Below, piece by piece: positions 49,569-62,413 of a stretch of 64,000 nucleotides of DNA (the stretch's first letter is position 1; the number at the start of each line of letters is the position of its first letter). Origin of the DNA: Dendrobates tinctorius (lineage: Eukaryota); contig NW_027361788.1 of the NCBI RefSeq assembly GCF_039654945.1, positions 22,010,001 through 22,074,000 of the forward strand, read 5' to 3'. A program made the translations under genes and the position numbers. The notes under the pieces are model-generated. The model was not told the DNA's origin. It ran no database searches and saw only the letters and a list, made by a program, of their open reading frames with translations.

Positions 49569-51339
49569 CTCATGTTTGCTATAAGCCTAAAGCAAGAAAG
49601 GTGAAATCTAAACTGCCCCGGAGTAGAACCCCAAAGGAATAGATAGCCCCCAAAAATATATTGTCGGTGAGACAAGATGAGACACAAACGCAGGCAGAAA
49701 ATAGACTGAGCAAATGATGGGGCCCAAACTGACTAGATAGGATAGGAAAGGAAAGACACTCTCTGCAATCATGCAAAAACCCTAAAAATCCAACACGTCT
49801 GATGTACAAAAAAACACTGAGGTCTCACGACCTCTCCCCACTCTATCAGCATTCTGGTATGAACTGGCAGCAAAGCAAAAGAGACTAATATAACATGGGA
49901 CTGAACAAACTGTCACAAGCTGTAACATATGGATCGGGGTCCAGCACTACCCCAGCAGGGAACACGCTGAACTCTCACAGCAAAGCAGAAAGAGGCAAAA
50001 CCAGATCAGATGCAAAGGATTAGCAAATGAACAACTTAAATGAAAAATGCAGGATCAGGTAGGAGAGAGCAGACCTCAGAATGCACAGGAAGAAAACTGA
50101 TCACAAGCAGCCACTGAAGGAAGCCTGCTCACTTAAATACTCCAGTCAGTAACCCCTGATTTCCAATCATCGGCGTCAGGTGACAGACTTTGGCCAGCTC
50201 CACTACCCACAGTAACCACCAGAGGGAGCCCCGACTCAGAAGTCAAATCGAGATAGTTCACAACAGGAGGAGCAGATACAGGTATTGACAGGAGAGAGTG
50301 GAGTATGACAAAGCAGGTTAGGAACAGCCGCAGGAGTGCGGAGAGCAGGTGGAGCCACAGGAGTGCGGAGAGCAGGCGGAGCCACAGGAGTGCGGAGAGC
50401 AGGTGGAGCTGCAGGAGTGCGGAGAGCTGGCGGAGTGCGGAGAGCAGGCGGAGCCGCAAGGGTGCAGAGCAGGCAGAGCTGCTAGGGTGCAGAGCAGGCA
50501 GAGCTGCAAGGGTGCAGAGCACAGACAAGGAGGACACAGGGAAAGACACAGCAGGGAAAGAAGCCAAAGACAAGGAGGCAGGGGTAGGACAGAGTTCAGA
50601 CAAAGTACAGGGACAAAGACTCAAGGACCATGATATTCTGCCTCCTGGAGGGCGGACAGAGGTACTAGGCAAGACAAGGTCAGGAGCTATAGCACAGAGA
50701 CCAGGATACTCTCCCTCCTGAAGGGCAGACAGACAGGCACAAGACAAAGCTAGGAGTGTAGCCTCCAGAAAAGGAGGCACACAGAACAGGGCCTGGCTTA
50801 CTCAGCAGTAAAACACTAAGTTTAGACATTGCTCAGGCGAGGTTCCAGTGGGTGGAGCAGCCATAAATAGTACAGGGCTCTTAGTAATTGGTCAGGGACA
50901 CATTAGCCAGGTGCGCTCTGACTCCATAAGAAGCAGAGAGTTCAGACGCCGCCCCCTTATACACATAGTCAGGAAACATGAACATAGCAGACAGGAGACA
51001 AGGCAAGGAGCTGGCGGCAGAGAGAAATCACACCATGACCTGGAGCAGTGAGTAAGTTGGTGAGTGGGGGATGGGAGGCCATGCAGCGATGCCAGCAGGG
51101 TTGTTACAAACAGTTTCCAATGAACACCAGACCACATACATAGCTGCAGCTTTTGTTCTGGACAGAAGATTTTTTAAGCCGCCACAAATACAAGGTACAC
51201 TCTTTTGGTAGGGACCTACTCTACTCTAACCTATTAAATATTTCTTAAAATACTCTATTTAGGTATATTTTTATTTATTTTTCATTAAGGGAATGTGTCG
51301 CATATATATATATATTTTTTAAATGACTGATACTAAGTC

Positions 51340-51515
51340 ATACAAGTGACAAACATTATCACACCATGTCTGGATCACATATTACCACCACATAGTGACC
51401 GATACTACCACATACAAGGGACAAACATTATAACACCATGTCCGGGTCACATATTACCACCACATAGTGACCGAATAATACCACATACAAGGAACAAATA
51501 CCGTCACATCATGAC
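51340..51515. repeat. ~73-bp tandem repeat, about 2.3 copies
   Basis: CATACAAG.GACAAACATTAT.ACACCATGTC...CACATATTACCACCACATAGTGACCGA repeated. Confidence 0.7.
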
Positions 51516-51667
51516 TAGAGATGGACGAATCCGAACAGTAAAGTTCGGCATCCATACCGAGCACCTACTCTTCGGGCACGGACACCAAACATGGACTTCA
51601 CCACGAAATCTGGGTTAATGTTCGGGTTCGGCCCCCCAGAACATCAGGTGTTTGTCATGCTGTCATG
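51516..51667. mobile_element. Left end of a hAT-type element that hosts chromovirus 2
   Basis: TAGAGATGGACGAA terminus similar to the TAGAGTTGAGCGAA TIR at 55350; subterminal CCGAAC/GTTCGG motifs. The right end is not in the window. Confidence 0.55.
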
Positions 51668-52999
51668 TGTTATGAATGGGTCACCAAGGAGGATGGCAGG
51701 AACAGGCTAAGCCACCAGGAAACCAGAGAGGTTGGTAACTAAGCAGATTGCAGACCCCTGATCCTATCAACACAACTACCAGTAACTACCAGAGGGAGCT
51801 CAGGCCCAGAAGTCCAAGTAAGGGAATTCACAACAGTACCCCCCTTGAGGAGTGGTCACAGAACCCTCATCCACGCCACCAGGCCGATCAGGATGGGCCC
51901 GGTGAAAAGCACGAATCAATCTCTTGCCATGAATGTCAGAAGCAGAGACCCAAGAATAATCCTCCTGGCCATAACCCTTCCACTTGACCAAGTACTGAAG
52001 TCTCTGTCTAGCCAGACGAGAATCCAATATCTTCTCTACCTCATACTCCAAATTACCCTTAACCAGTACAGGGTCAGGGGGCGCTGCCATGGGAACTACT
52101 GGCTCCACAAACCTTTTCAACAAAGATTTATGAAAAACGTTATGAATCTTAAACGTAACTGGAAGAGCCAATCAGAAAGAAACAGGGTTAAGGATTTCCA
52201 AAATCTTATAAGGTCCAATAAACCTTGGCTTGAATTTTGGAGATGCAACCTTCATGGGAATATTTTTTTAGGACAACCAAACCATGTGACCCACTTTAAA
52301 CCGGGGACCAATGGTCCTATGCCGGTTGGAAAACCGTTGGGCCTTTTCCTGAGAATGGGACAACTTATCCACTACTTGGTCCCAAATCTGCTGCATTCTC
52401 TCTAACACAGAATCCACACTTGGGCAGGCAGAAGCTTCCACCTGCCCCGAAGAAAATCAAGGATGAAACCCAAAGTTACAGAAGAAAGGAGACATCAAAT
52501 TGGCAGAACTAGCCCTATTGTTTAGCGCGAATTCGGCCAAGGGCAAAAATGAGACCCAATCATCCTGATCAGCAGAAATGAAACATCTCAAATAGGACTC
52601 CAAAGTCTGGTTTGTTCTCTCAGTCTGCCCATTAGTCTGAGTATGAAATGCAAAGGAGAAAGACAACTGAATTCCCAGTTTGGAACAAAAAGCTCTCCTA
52701 AATCTGGAAACAAACTGGATTCCTCTGTCCGATACAATGTTCTCAGGAATCCCGTGCAAACGAACCACTTGTAGTAAAAACAAGGGCACCAACTCAGAAG
52801 AAGATGGCAACTTTGGGAGTTGTACAAGATGGACCATCTTAGAAAATCTATCACAGATCACCCAAATAACAGTCATTCTCTGAGAGACAGGGAGATCAGA
52901 AATAAAATCCATTGAAATATGGGTCCATGGCTTCCTGGGCACCGGCAGGGGCATCAACAAACCACTAGCCCGAGAACAGGGCTTGGACCGAGAACAAGA

Positions 53000-53167
53000 T
53001 TCTTTCTCTGCTACTTTAGTGATGGACCCTTTTTTATTATCTCCTATGACTATGCATTTGATTTTGTAGTAACTGAAGAAGGTCAAAATTTGACCAAAAC
53101 TTTTTTTACAGACTACAATAAATATTCTTCTGAATATCCTAAAGTTGAGTGCTTGGTTTATAACTTA
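53000..53167 (+). other. Foreign 168-bp AT-rich insertion in the chromovirus 2 integrase
   Basis: Absent from the paralogous position in chromovirus 1 (~43990-44005); replaces about 10 bp; no TSD. Confidence 0.8.
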
Positions 53168-55504
53168 TGCACAAAATTCCTGACATCATGACATAAGGCA
53201 GGCCACCAAAAAGACTGACTCTCCAAATCTCTGGTACCAAAGATACCTGTGTGACCAGCCAACGCGGAGCAATGAATTTCAAACATTACTCTTCTCCTCC
53301 ACTGATCAGGGACATACAATTTTTCCATAGGGCATCGTTCAGGTTTATCCTCCTGAAATTCCTCCAGGGCACGTCTCAAATCGGGAGAGATGGCGGAAAG
53401 AACTACACCCTCATTTAGAATGGTAGTAGGCTCGTTCACATCTAGAGAATCCGCAAAGAAACTCCTAGAAAGGGAGTCTTCCTTAACATTCTTAGTGCCC
53501 GGAAGAAAGGAGACCACAAAATTAAAGCGCGTGAAAAACAAGGCCCACCTAGCCTGTCTAGGATTCAAGCGCTTGGCTGATTCAAGATAAATCAAATTCT
53601 TGTGATCGGTGAGCACCACAACTTCATGTCTAGCTCCCTCCAATCAATGATTCCACTCTTCAAATGCCCACTTCATGGCCAACAATTCCCCACGTCATAG
53701 TTACGTTCAGATGGAGAAAATTTTCGAGAAAAGAAGGCACAGGGATTCATCTTAGAGGTTACCGGATCTCTTTGAGACAAAACGGCTCCTGCACCAATCT
53801 CAGAAACATCTATCTCCACCTGAAATGGGAGTGAAACATCAGGTTGCCGTAGAACCGGAGCAGAAGTGAATCTCTGTTTAAGCTCCTGAAATGCCGAAAC
53901 TGCCTCTGGAGACCAATTCACCACATCAGCGCCCTTTTTGGTCAAATCCGTCAGAGGTTTAAAAATACCAGAAAAATTACTTATAAATTTACGGTAGAAA
54001 TTAGCAAAACCCAAAAACTTCTGAAGTGCCTTCAGAGACGTGGGCTGAACCCAATCATAAATGGCCTGTACCTTGGCAGGATCCATTTCAATACCAGATG
54101 GGGACAAAATGAATCCCAAAAACGAAATCCTCTGTACACCAAAAAGACATTTCAATCCCTTAACATACAGAGTATTTTCCCTCAAAATCCAGAACACAGT
54201 CCGGACATGTTCCACATGAGAATCCCAATCACTGGAAAAAATCCAAGATATCATCCAAATAAATGATCAAAAACTTATCCACAAAGTCCTGGAAAATATC
54301 TTTCATAAAAGATTGGAGGATGGAAGGGGCATTAGTGAGCCCAAAAGGCATCACAAGGTACTCAAAATGTCCCTCCGGAGTATTAAATGCCATCTTCCAT
54401 TCATCCCTGTGCTTGATGTGAATAGGATTATACACCCCCCTAAGGTCAAGTTTGGTAAATCAACAAGCACTTTTAACTCTGGAAAATAAATCAGAAATCA
54501 GGGGTAACGGGTACTGATATTTAACAGTGATTTTGTTAAGGGAACGATAGTCAAAACATGGCCTTAATGAGCCATCTTTTTGAGCCACAAAAAAAAACCC
54601 AGCACCCAAAGGTGAAGAGGATGGTCTGATATGACCCTTCTCCAATGATTACTTAATATAAGATCGCATAACATCATGTTAAGGTACCGATAAGTTGAAA
54701 AGCCGACCCTTGGGAAATTTACAACTGAGCATTAACTCAACTGCGCAGTCATAACTCCTATGAGGCGGCAAAGACGCGGACTTACTCTCACTAAACACAT
54801 CAGAAAAATCAGTCAAATAGTCAGGAACATCTTGAGACTGGGGAGAGGTGGAGAAAACAGGAGTGTCACTAAGAACACATTGACAACCCCAACTCACCAC
54901 AGACACAGATTTCCAATCTAAAACAGGATTATGAGTTTGCAACCAAGGAAAACCCAGAACAATAGTATCATGGAAATTGTGTAACACCAAAAATTTACAA
55001 TTCTCTTGATGGTCCGGGGCGACCCTCATTAACACCTGGGGCCAAAACTGGGGTTTATTCTCCACCAAAGGGGTAGCATCAATCCCCCTCAAGGGAATAG
55101 GGGTCTGCAAGGGCACCATGGGGAAGCCACAACGTTTGGCAAAGTCAAGATCCATCAGATTCAAAGCTGCTCCAGAATCAACAAAGGCCTTACCAGAAAA
55201 TGTAGACAAGGAGCAGATCAAGGTAACCGCCAACAGGAACTTAGGCTGTACACTGCCCACAGCAAATGAGTGAGCAAAACGTTTTTCTCGTTTAGGCCAG
55301 ACAGAAATAACAGGAGAGGCATCCCCACAAAAGAAGCATAACTTATTACTAGAGTTGAGCGAAACGGGTCGAAAAAATTCAAAAGTCGCCGACTTTTAGC
55401 AAAGTCGGGTTTCATGAAACGAAACCCGACCCTAGGATGAGGTCGGCCACGAGGTCGGCGACTTACGCGCCAAAGTCGCGTTTCAAAAGTTTGTTTTGCG
55501 CTCT

Positions 55505-55635
55505 TTTTCAGCCAATCAGGATCCACGGACACTGTGGGCAACGTGATGACATAGGCACGGGTCACCACCATCTTTCAGAAGGGCATGCAAGTGATTGGCT
55601 TGCTTTGGTGGGCGTCACAGGGGGTATAAAAGGGC
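55505..55635 (+). promoter_or_regulatory. hAT internal promoter
   Basis: AGCCAATCAG (~55510), inverted CCAAT (~55594), GGGTATAAAAGGG (~55625). Confidence 0.6.
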
Positions 55636-55721
55636 GTGCACGCCGACCGCCATCTTACTTCTGCCGATCTTGGTATAGGGAGAGGTTGCTGCTGATTCTG
55701 TAGGGAGAGCGTTAGGCAGGG

Positions 55722-56138
55722 AAGAAGACAAAAAAACTGCTACTGCTGCTAGCGATTTGGCCTGCACAACACACCAGTCACTGTGTGTGCAGTGCAAGGG
55801 GAGGCTATATAGTGGTGTATCAGTGGTGTTGGTTGTTGGGCTGCCTTCTAAGGCTTCCTGACATTCCTGCATTGCTGTTTACCCACTGCTCCGCAAACTG
55901 CTTTTTTAAAAGCAATCCCAATTTTTTTTTTTTGTCCTGCTGAGAAGAAAAAAAAACTGCTTCTGCTGCTAGCAATTTGGCCTGCACAACACACCAGTCA
56001 CTGTGTGTGCAGTGCAAGGGGAGGCTATATAGTGGTGTATCAGTGGTGTTGGTTGTTGGGCTGCCTTCTAAGGCTTCCTGACATTCCTGCATTGCTGTTT
56101 ACCCACTGCTCCGCAAACTGCTTTTTTAAAAGCAATCC
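55722..56138. repeat. 220-bp tandem duplication inside the hAT
   Basis: Two near-identical copies; the spurious ORF starts at 55872 and 56092 are 220 bp apart. Confidence 0.9.
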
Positions 56139-57592
56139 AATCTCCCTTATCCTCTAGTCACTTTTGTCACAGCTGTGCCATCGAGCCTGTCACATAGCGC
56201 TCAGATATTCATTGGGCCTCACACAATCCAAAAGTGTCCAGTGTCCAAAAGTGTGTGCAGAGATTCAAAATCTCCCTTATCCTCTAGTCACTTTGGTCAC
56301 AGCTGTGCCATCGAGCCTGTCACATAGCGCTCAGATATTCATTGGGCCTCACACAATCCAAAAGTGTCCAATGTCCAAAAGTGTGTGCAGAGATTCAAAA
56401 TCTCCCTTATCCTCTAGTCACTTTGGTCACAGCTGTGCCATCGAGCCTGTCACATAGCGCTCAGATATCAGTGGGCCTCACACAATCCAAAAGTGTCCAT
56501 CCAGTGTCCAAAAGTATGTGCAGAGATTCAAAATCTCCCTTATCCTCTAGTCACTTTGGTCACAGCTGTGCCAACGAGCCTGTCACAAAACGCTCAGATA
56601 TCAGTGGGCCTCACACAATCCAAAAGTGTCCATCCAGTGTCCAAAAGTGTGTGCAGAGATTCAAAATCTCCCTTATCCTCTAGTCACTTTGGTCACAGCT
56701 GTGCCATCGAGCCTGTCACATAGCGCTCAGATATCAGTGGGCCTCACACAATCCAAAAGTGTCCATCCAGTGTCCAAAAGTGTGTGCAGAGATTCAAAAT
56801 CTCCCTTATCCTCTAGTCACTTTGGTCACAGCTGTGCCATCGAGCCTGTCACATAGCGCTCAGATATCAGTGGGCCTCACACAATCCAAAAGTGTCCATC
56901 CAGTGTCCAAAAGTGTGTGCAGAGTTTCAAAATCTCCCTTATCCTCTAGTCACTTTGGTCACAGCTGTGCCATCGAGCCTGTCACATAGCGCTCAGATAT
57001 CAGTGGGCCTCACACAATCCAAAAGTGTCCATCCAGTGTCCAAAAGTGTGTGCAGAGATTCAAAATCTCCCTTATCCTCTAGTCACTTTGGTCACAGCTG
57101 TGCCATCGAGCCTGTCACATAGCGCTCAGATATCAGTGGGCCTCACACAATCCAAAAGTGTCCATCCAGTGTCCAAAAGTGTGTGCAGAGATTCAAAATC
57201 TCCCTTATCCTCTAGTCACTTTGGTCACAGCTGTGCCATCGAGCCTGTCACATAGCGCTCAGATATCAGTGGGCCTCACACAATCCAAAAGTGTCCAGTG
57301 TCCAAAAGTGTGTGCAGAGATTCAAAATCTCCCTTATCCTCTAGTCACTTTGGTCACAGCTGTGCCATCGAGCCTGTCACATAGCGCTCAGATATCAGTG
57401 GGCCTCACACAATCCAAAAGTGTCCAGTGTCCAAAAGTGTGTGCAGAGATTCAAAATCTCCCTTATCCTCTAGTCACTTTGGTCACAGCTGTGCCATCGA
57501 GCCTGTCACAAAGCGCTCAGATATCAGTGGGCCTCACACAATCCAAAAGTGTCCAGTGTCCACAAGTGTCTGCAGAAATTCAAAATCTCCCC
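56139..57592. repeat. Tandem array of 11 units (2x130, 6x133, 3x129 bp) upstream of the hAT transposase
   Basis: AATCTCCCTTATCCTCTAGTCAC unit starts at 56139, 56269, 56399, 56532, 56665, 56798, 56931, 57064, 57197, 57326 and 57455. Confidence 0.97.
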
Positions 57593-57667
57593 TGTCCTAT
57601 AGACACCTTGTACCTTGTTTTACATTACTATATAGTTTGTTGGATTTTGTCTACATTTCTACCAAAA

Positions 57668-60600
57668 ATGAGGAAGGCTGGTGGAAGAGGCCGTGGAATT
57701 GGGCGGGGGTTGGCAGCTGGTAATGATGGTGTTGGTGGTGGATCTGATGGTAGTGGCAAGAGCAAAATAGGACCGAATGCAGGAGGTGCTGACCCTGCGT
57801 CATCGTCTGGCTACATAAGGCCTCGAACGCTTAGTTTTCTAGGAGTTGGCAAACCGCTTTTAAAGCCAGAGCATCAGGAAAAAGTTTTGTCTTACATTGC
57901 TGACTCAGCCTCCAGCTCTATCGCCTCCTCTTCTTCAGTTGTAAAAAGTATAAGCACTGAGTCGTCATTGGAGGCTCATGTTCATGAACCACACCTTTCC
58001 TCGTGTCCTTCACCCCAACCAAGATTGAAGGATGACGCAGGCCATACTACTGATTACTTCATGGAGCTGTTTTCACATACCATGCCTGGATTATCAAGTG
58101 AAATGGTGAATTACCCAGGCCACGATGAATCTGACATGGAGTGCACTGATGCACAGCCGCTGATGGATGATTCTGCTGGTACATTCACTCAGAGCACTAC
58201 ATTGTCCTCGCAGTGTACAGAGCCAGATTCTGACCCTGATGAGACTCAGGTGCCCCTTCCCGCACACTATACCACCATACACGGTGACACAAAGGAAGGT
58301 GCACATGACATAGAAGAGGAGGTGATGGATGACCCAGTTGTTGACCCAGATTGGCATCCATTGGGGGAAGAGGGTGCTGCTTCCAATAGCTCAGATGAGG
58401 AGCATCCACAGCAGACATCGACATCGCAACAGCTGTTATCTGGCAGGCCCGGAGCACTCCAAAGACAGGTTCCAAACATCAAAAGAGTTGCTGGACAGCT
58501 TGTCCAGAGGGTCAAAAGATCACAGCGTGCTAGGTCGCAAAATGTCTGCCAAAGTAGGAAGAGTGCAGTGTGGCACTTTTTTGACCAAAATCCTCATGAT
58601 CAGGCCAAGGTTATCTGTAAGAAGTGCGCAAAGACCTTTAGCCGAGGGAAAAATCTGAAAAATTTGAATACCAGTTGCATGCTTAGACATTTAACCAGCA
58701 TGCACTTGCAAGCGTGGACACAACACCAAACCTCAAGTGCCACATGTGCAACTGATCACAACGAAGGTAGTCAGCAACGCTACATTGTTTCCCCCACTGT
58801 AAGCCCACCGGTTAGCACAGCAGCAAATGTTGAGGTGTCGTTGCAAGACCACAGCAGTCAGGGAATCCCACTGTTATATCAACGAAAGACTGATTCTAGG
58901 CCATCAGAAAGAACAACAACTCCATCACCATCATCAACCCTCTCTCAGTCCACCCTGTCCACCGCTACTTCCACCATATGCAGCTCTCAAGTCCAGCTCA
59001 CCCTCCCAGACACTATGAGTAGGTCAAGAAAGTACTCAGTCTCTCATCCGCGTACACTGGGTTTGAACGCCCACATTGCCAAACTAATCTCGTTTGAGAT
59101 GATGCCCTTTCGGTTGGTGGAAAGCACAGCTTTCCGCGAATTCATGGCCTATGCAGTACCACGCTATGACCTACCCAGTCGCCACTTCTTCTCTCGCAAA
59201 GCCATCCCAGCCCTCCACCATCATGTGAAAGACCGCATTGTCATGCACTCAAGCAGTCAGTGAGCGGAAAGGTGCACCTCACAACTGATGCATGGTCCAG
59301 TCGGCATGGCCAGGGCCGTTACGTGTCCATCACTGCGCACTGGGTTAATGTGGTGGATGCAGGGTCCACAGGGGACAGCGGTGGTGGGACAGTGCTGCCT
59401 AGCCCACGGTATAGGAAACAGTTGGCTGTAGGCGTTCGACCCTCCTCCTCCTCCTCCTCCAGAAGCAAAAGCTCGTCCACAGAGCGCAGTCGTACGAGCA
59501 CTCCATCTGCAGCTGCCACTGTTGCACACGATGTGTCCCCCTATCGAGCAGCTAGTGGAAAGCGTCAGCAGGCTGTGTTGCAGATGATGTGTTTGGGCGA
59601 CAGACACACCGCCGAGGTGCTGGCCGAGTACTTGAAGCGACAAACTGAGTCATGGCTGGGCAGTGTACATCTTGAGGCAGGCAAGGTAGTTAGTGATAAC
59701 GGCCGTAATTTTGTGGCAGCCATAGCCCTTTCAAAACTCAGCCACATACCTTGCTTGGCTCACACCTTGAACCTGGTGGTGCAGTGCTTCCTCAAAAATT
59801 ATCCGGAGTTAACAGCCTTGCTCCAGAAGGTGCGAAGACTGTGCGCGCACATCCGCCGGTCGCCTGTACACTCCGTTCGTATGCAGAAGCTGCAGCGATT
59901 GCTCCACCTTCCCAACCACCGCCTCATTATCGACATTGCAACAAGGTGGAACTCCACCCTGCACATGGTGGAGCGGCTGTGCGAGCAGAGGCAGGCCATA
60001 ATGCATTTGTGGGAGGATACACGGCCAGGCACTTTGAGAGCAGACATGGAGTTGACAGGTGTGCAGTGGTCGAAGCTGAAAGACCTTTGTAAAGTCCTTC
60101 AGTGTTTTGAGGAATGCACACGGCTGGTAAGCGCAGACGACGCCATCCTAAGCATGAGCATCCCACTTATGCGTCTGCTCATGCAAACTTTGACGCACCT
60201 TAAGGAGCAGGCGTCTGCAGCCAATGTTGATGAGGAGGAAGAGGAGGAGGGAATCCTTGATGACATTCAGCCATTGTCTGCTCAGGGACCTCTCCTGGAC
60301 GAGGTGGAGGAAGAAGAGGAGGAGGAGGATAATGATGGGGATGATTACTTAGGGGAGGAGGATGCATCTCGTGGGGCAAGTGAAAATGTTGGCGTGGCAA
60401 GGTCTGGTACAGGGTTTGTTCATGACTGGAGGGATGTGGATTTGCCAGAAAGTGCTCCTCCACCCAGCACTCGCAGTGCATCATTGACACCGGGAACATT
60501 GGCCCACATGTCAGATTATGCCTTGCGGATCCTAAAAAGGGACCCCCGCATTGCCAAAATGATGAACGATGACGACTACTGGTTGGCCAGCATCCTGGAT

Positions 60601-61206
60601 CCACGCTATAAAGGCAAATTACAAAACATCATGCCACAAGAGAACCTTGACCTAATATTGGCTAATAAACAAGCAACTCTGGTAAATCGGTTGCTTGAGG
60701 CATTCCCAGCACACAGCAGCGGTGATGGTTCTCACACGAGCCGTACGGGCCGGGGGCAGCTTGGCAGAGGTGTTCGTGGTGCACACAGCAGAAGTGGCGT
60801 TGGAGACAGGGGTTTCATGACAATGTTGTGGACTGAATTTTCAAATACCGCTCACACAACTGGTAATACTGCATCGATGGAAAGTGACAGGAGACAGCAG
60901 TTGTCAACTATGGTTACAAACTACTTTTCCTCCCATATCGATGTTCTCCCACACAGGTCATTCCCCTTTGACTATTGGGCCGCTAAACTGGACACCTGGC
61001 CTGAATTGGCCCAATATGCCTTACAGGAGCTCGCTTGCCCAGCTGCAAGTGTGCTATCGGAAAGAGTCTTCAGTGCAGCTGGATCAATCCTGACAGAAAA
61101 AAGGACCCGTCTGTCAACCCAAAATGTGGATGATCTAACCTTCATTAAAATGAACCACGCATGGGTTTCCAAGGATTTTGTCCCACCTTCCCCTGATGAC
61201 ACATAG
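57668..61206 (+). pseudogene. hAT transposase (~1180 aa) with a single 1-bp frameshift near 59242
   Basis: BED finger (WHFF...CKKC...HLTSMH), TTDAW, SDNGRN, CLAH, TRWNS and SERVFS motifs. Adding one C restores KDRIVHALKQSVSGKVHLTTD. Confidence 0.92.
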
Positions 61207-61624
61207 GGTGACAGAAAAATGGCTTGCTTTGGTCCACCTCTTCCTGGTACTTCACCTATTTCGCCTTTTGCATCAGCTGAATGTCCAACATCAACATATG
61301 CCACTTTCTAAAACTCCCTAACTGTGCTGCCTCCCCCCCATGGCTGGGGTCACCACCTAGCGCACGACACCGTGCGAGTGCCGTTGCCCTGGACAGGTGG
61401 GTAGGCCGACTCTTGGGCGCGGGCACTGGCACAGGGTCCCTCATAGTGCAATCAAGTGTCTCTGACGGTGGTGGTGCACACCCGCCGTCAGACACACCGC
61501 TGTACTATGAGGGGCCCAGTGCCAGTACCGACGCCCACGAGTGGGCCCCCCTTGCTTGGGCAGGGCCCCAGCATTTGCAATCTTTACCTCTCCCTGCTCC
61601 TCCGCTGTGTAATCTGGGCCGTCA

Positions 61625-62413
61625 AATCCATACTGTGCCTGACACCGTCTGAGCCTGCCTCCTGATGTATAGACATATATTTTGAATGTGTACGCTATCC
61701 ATACATGTTATCCGGGGATACGGTACCCTTTCTAACCTTTGTGCAATCACGTGCAATCCATACTGGGCCTAACACCGTCTGAGCCTGCCTCCTGAGACAT
61801 ATATTTTGAATGTGTACGCTATCCATACATGTTATCCGGGGATACGGTACCCTTTCTAACCTTTGTGCAATCACGTGCAATCCATACTGGGCCTAACACC
61901 GTCTGAGCCTGCCTCCTGAGACATACCGTATATTTTGAATGTGTACGCTATCCATACATGTTATCTGGGGATACGGTACCCTTTCTAACCTTTGTGCAAT
62001 CACGTGCAATCCATACTGGGCCTAACACCGTCTGAGCCTGCCTCCTGAGACATATATTTTGAATGTGTACGCTATCCATACATGTTATCTGGGGATACGG
62101 TACCCTTTCTAACCTTTATGCAATCATGTGCAATCCATACTGGGCCTAACACCGTCTGAGCCTGCCTCCTGAGACATATATTTTGAATGTGTACGCTATC
62201 CATGCATGTTATCTGGGGATACGGTACCCTTTCTAACCTTTGTGCAATCACGTGCAATCCATACTGGGCCTAACACCGTCTGAGCCTGCCTCCTGATGTA
62301 TAGACATATATTTTGAATGTGTACACTATCCATACATGTTATCTGGGGATACGGTACCCTTTCTCACCTTTGTGCAATCACGTGCAATCCATACTGGGCC
62401 TAACACCGTCTGA
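61625..62413. repeat. Tandem array, ~124-130-bp unit, about 6.3 copies, downstream of the hAT transposase
   Basis: AATCCATACTGGGCCTAACACCGTCTGAGCC...GGATACGGTACCCTTTCTAACC repeated. Confidence 0.95.

Larger units (their letters stand above)
35159..49581 (-). mobile_element. Penelope-like retroelement (Neptune-type) with 3' pseudo-LTR and inverted 5' pseudo-LTR
   Basis: 14-bp TSD TAAGCCTAAAGCAA (35145-35158, 49582-49595). The pLTR tail is repeated directly upstream of the ORF (41279-41555), followed by an inverted pLTR copy (41560-42022 + 49575-49581). Confidence 0.9.
34973..50265 (-). mobile_element. Solo LTR B, chromovirus family (34973-35158 + 49596-50265)
   Basis: TGTTATGAA...TCACAACA termini, similar to the LTRs at 42023 and 63900; 6-bp TSD GGAGGA. 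Confidence 0.82.
34503..51108. mobile_element. Solo LTR A (34503-34972 + 50272-51108), outer shell of nest 2
   Basis: TGTCAC...GTTACA termini, 5-bp TSD AACAG on both sides, internal ~27-bp tandem repeats at ~34790-34865 and ~50327-50525. Confidence 0.8.

Noticed and set aside
56139-57592. CRISPR-like array
   Set aside because: Units are contiguous and near-identical with no unique spacers; no cas genes; eukaryotic TE context.
57158-57667. N-terminal 170 aa of the 701-aa ORF as part of the transposase
   Set aside because: Starts at GTG inside the tandem array; the first ATG (57668) is the more plausible start.
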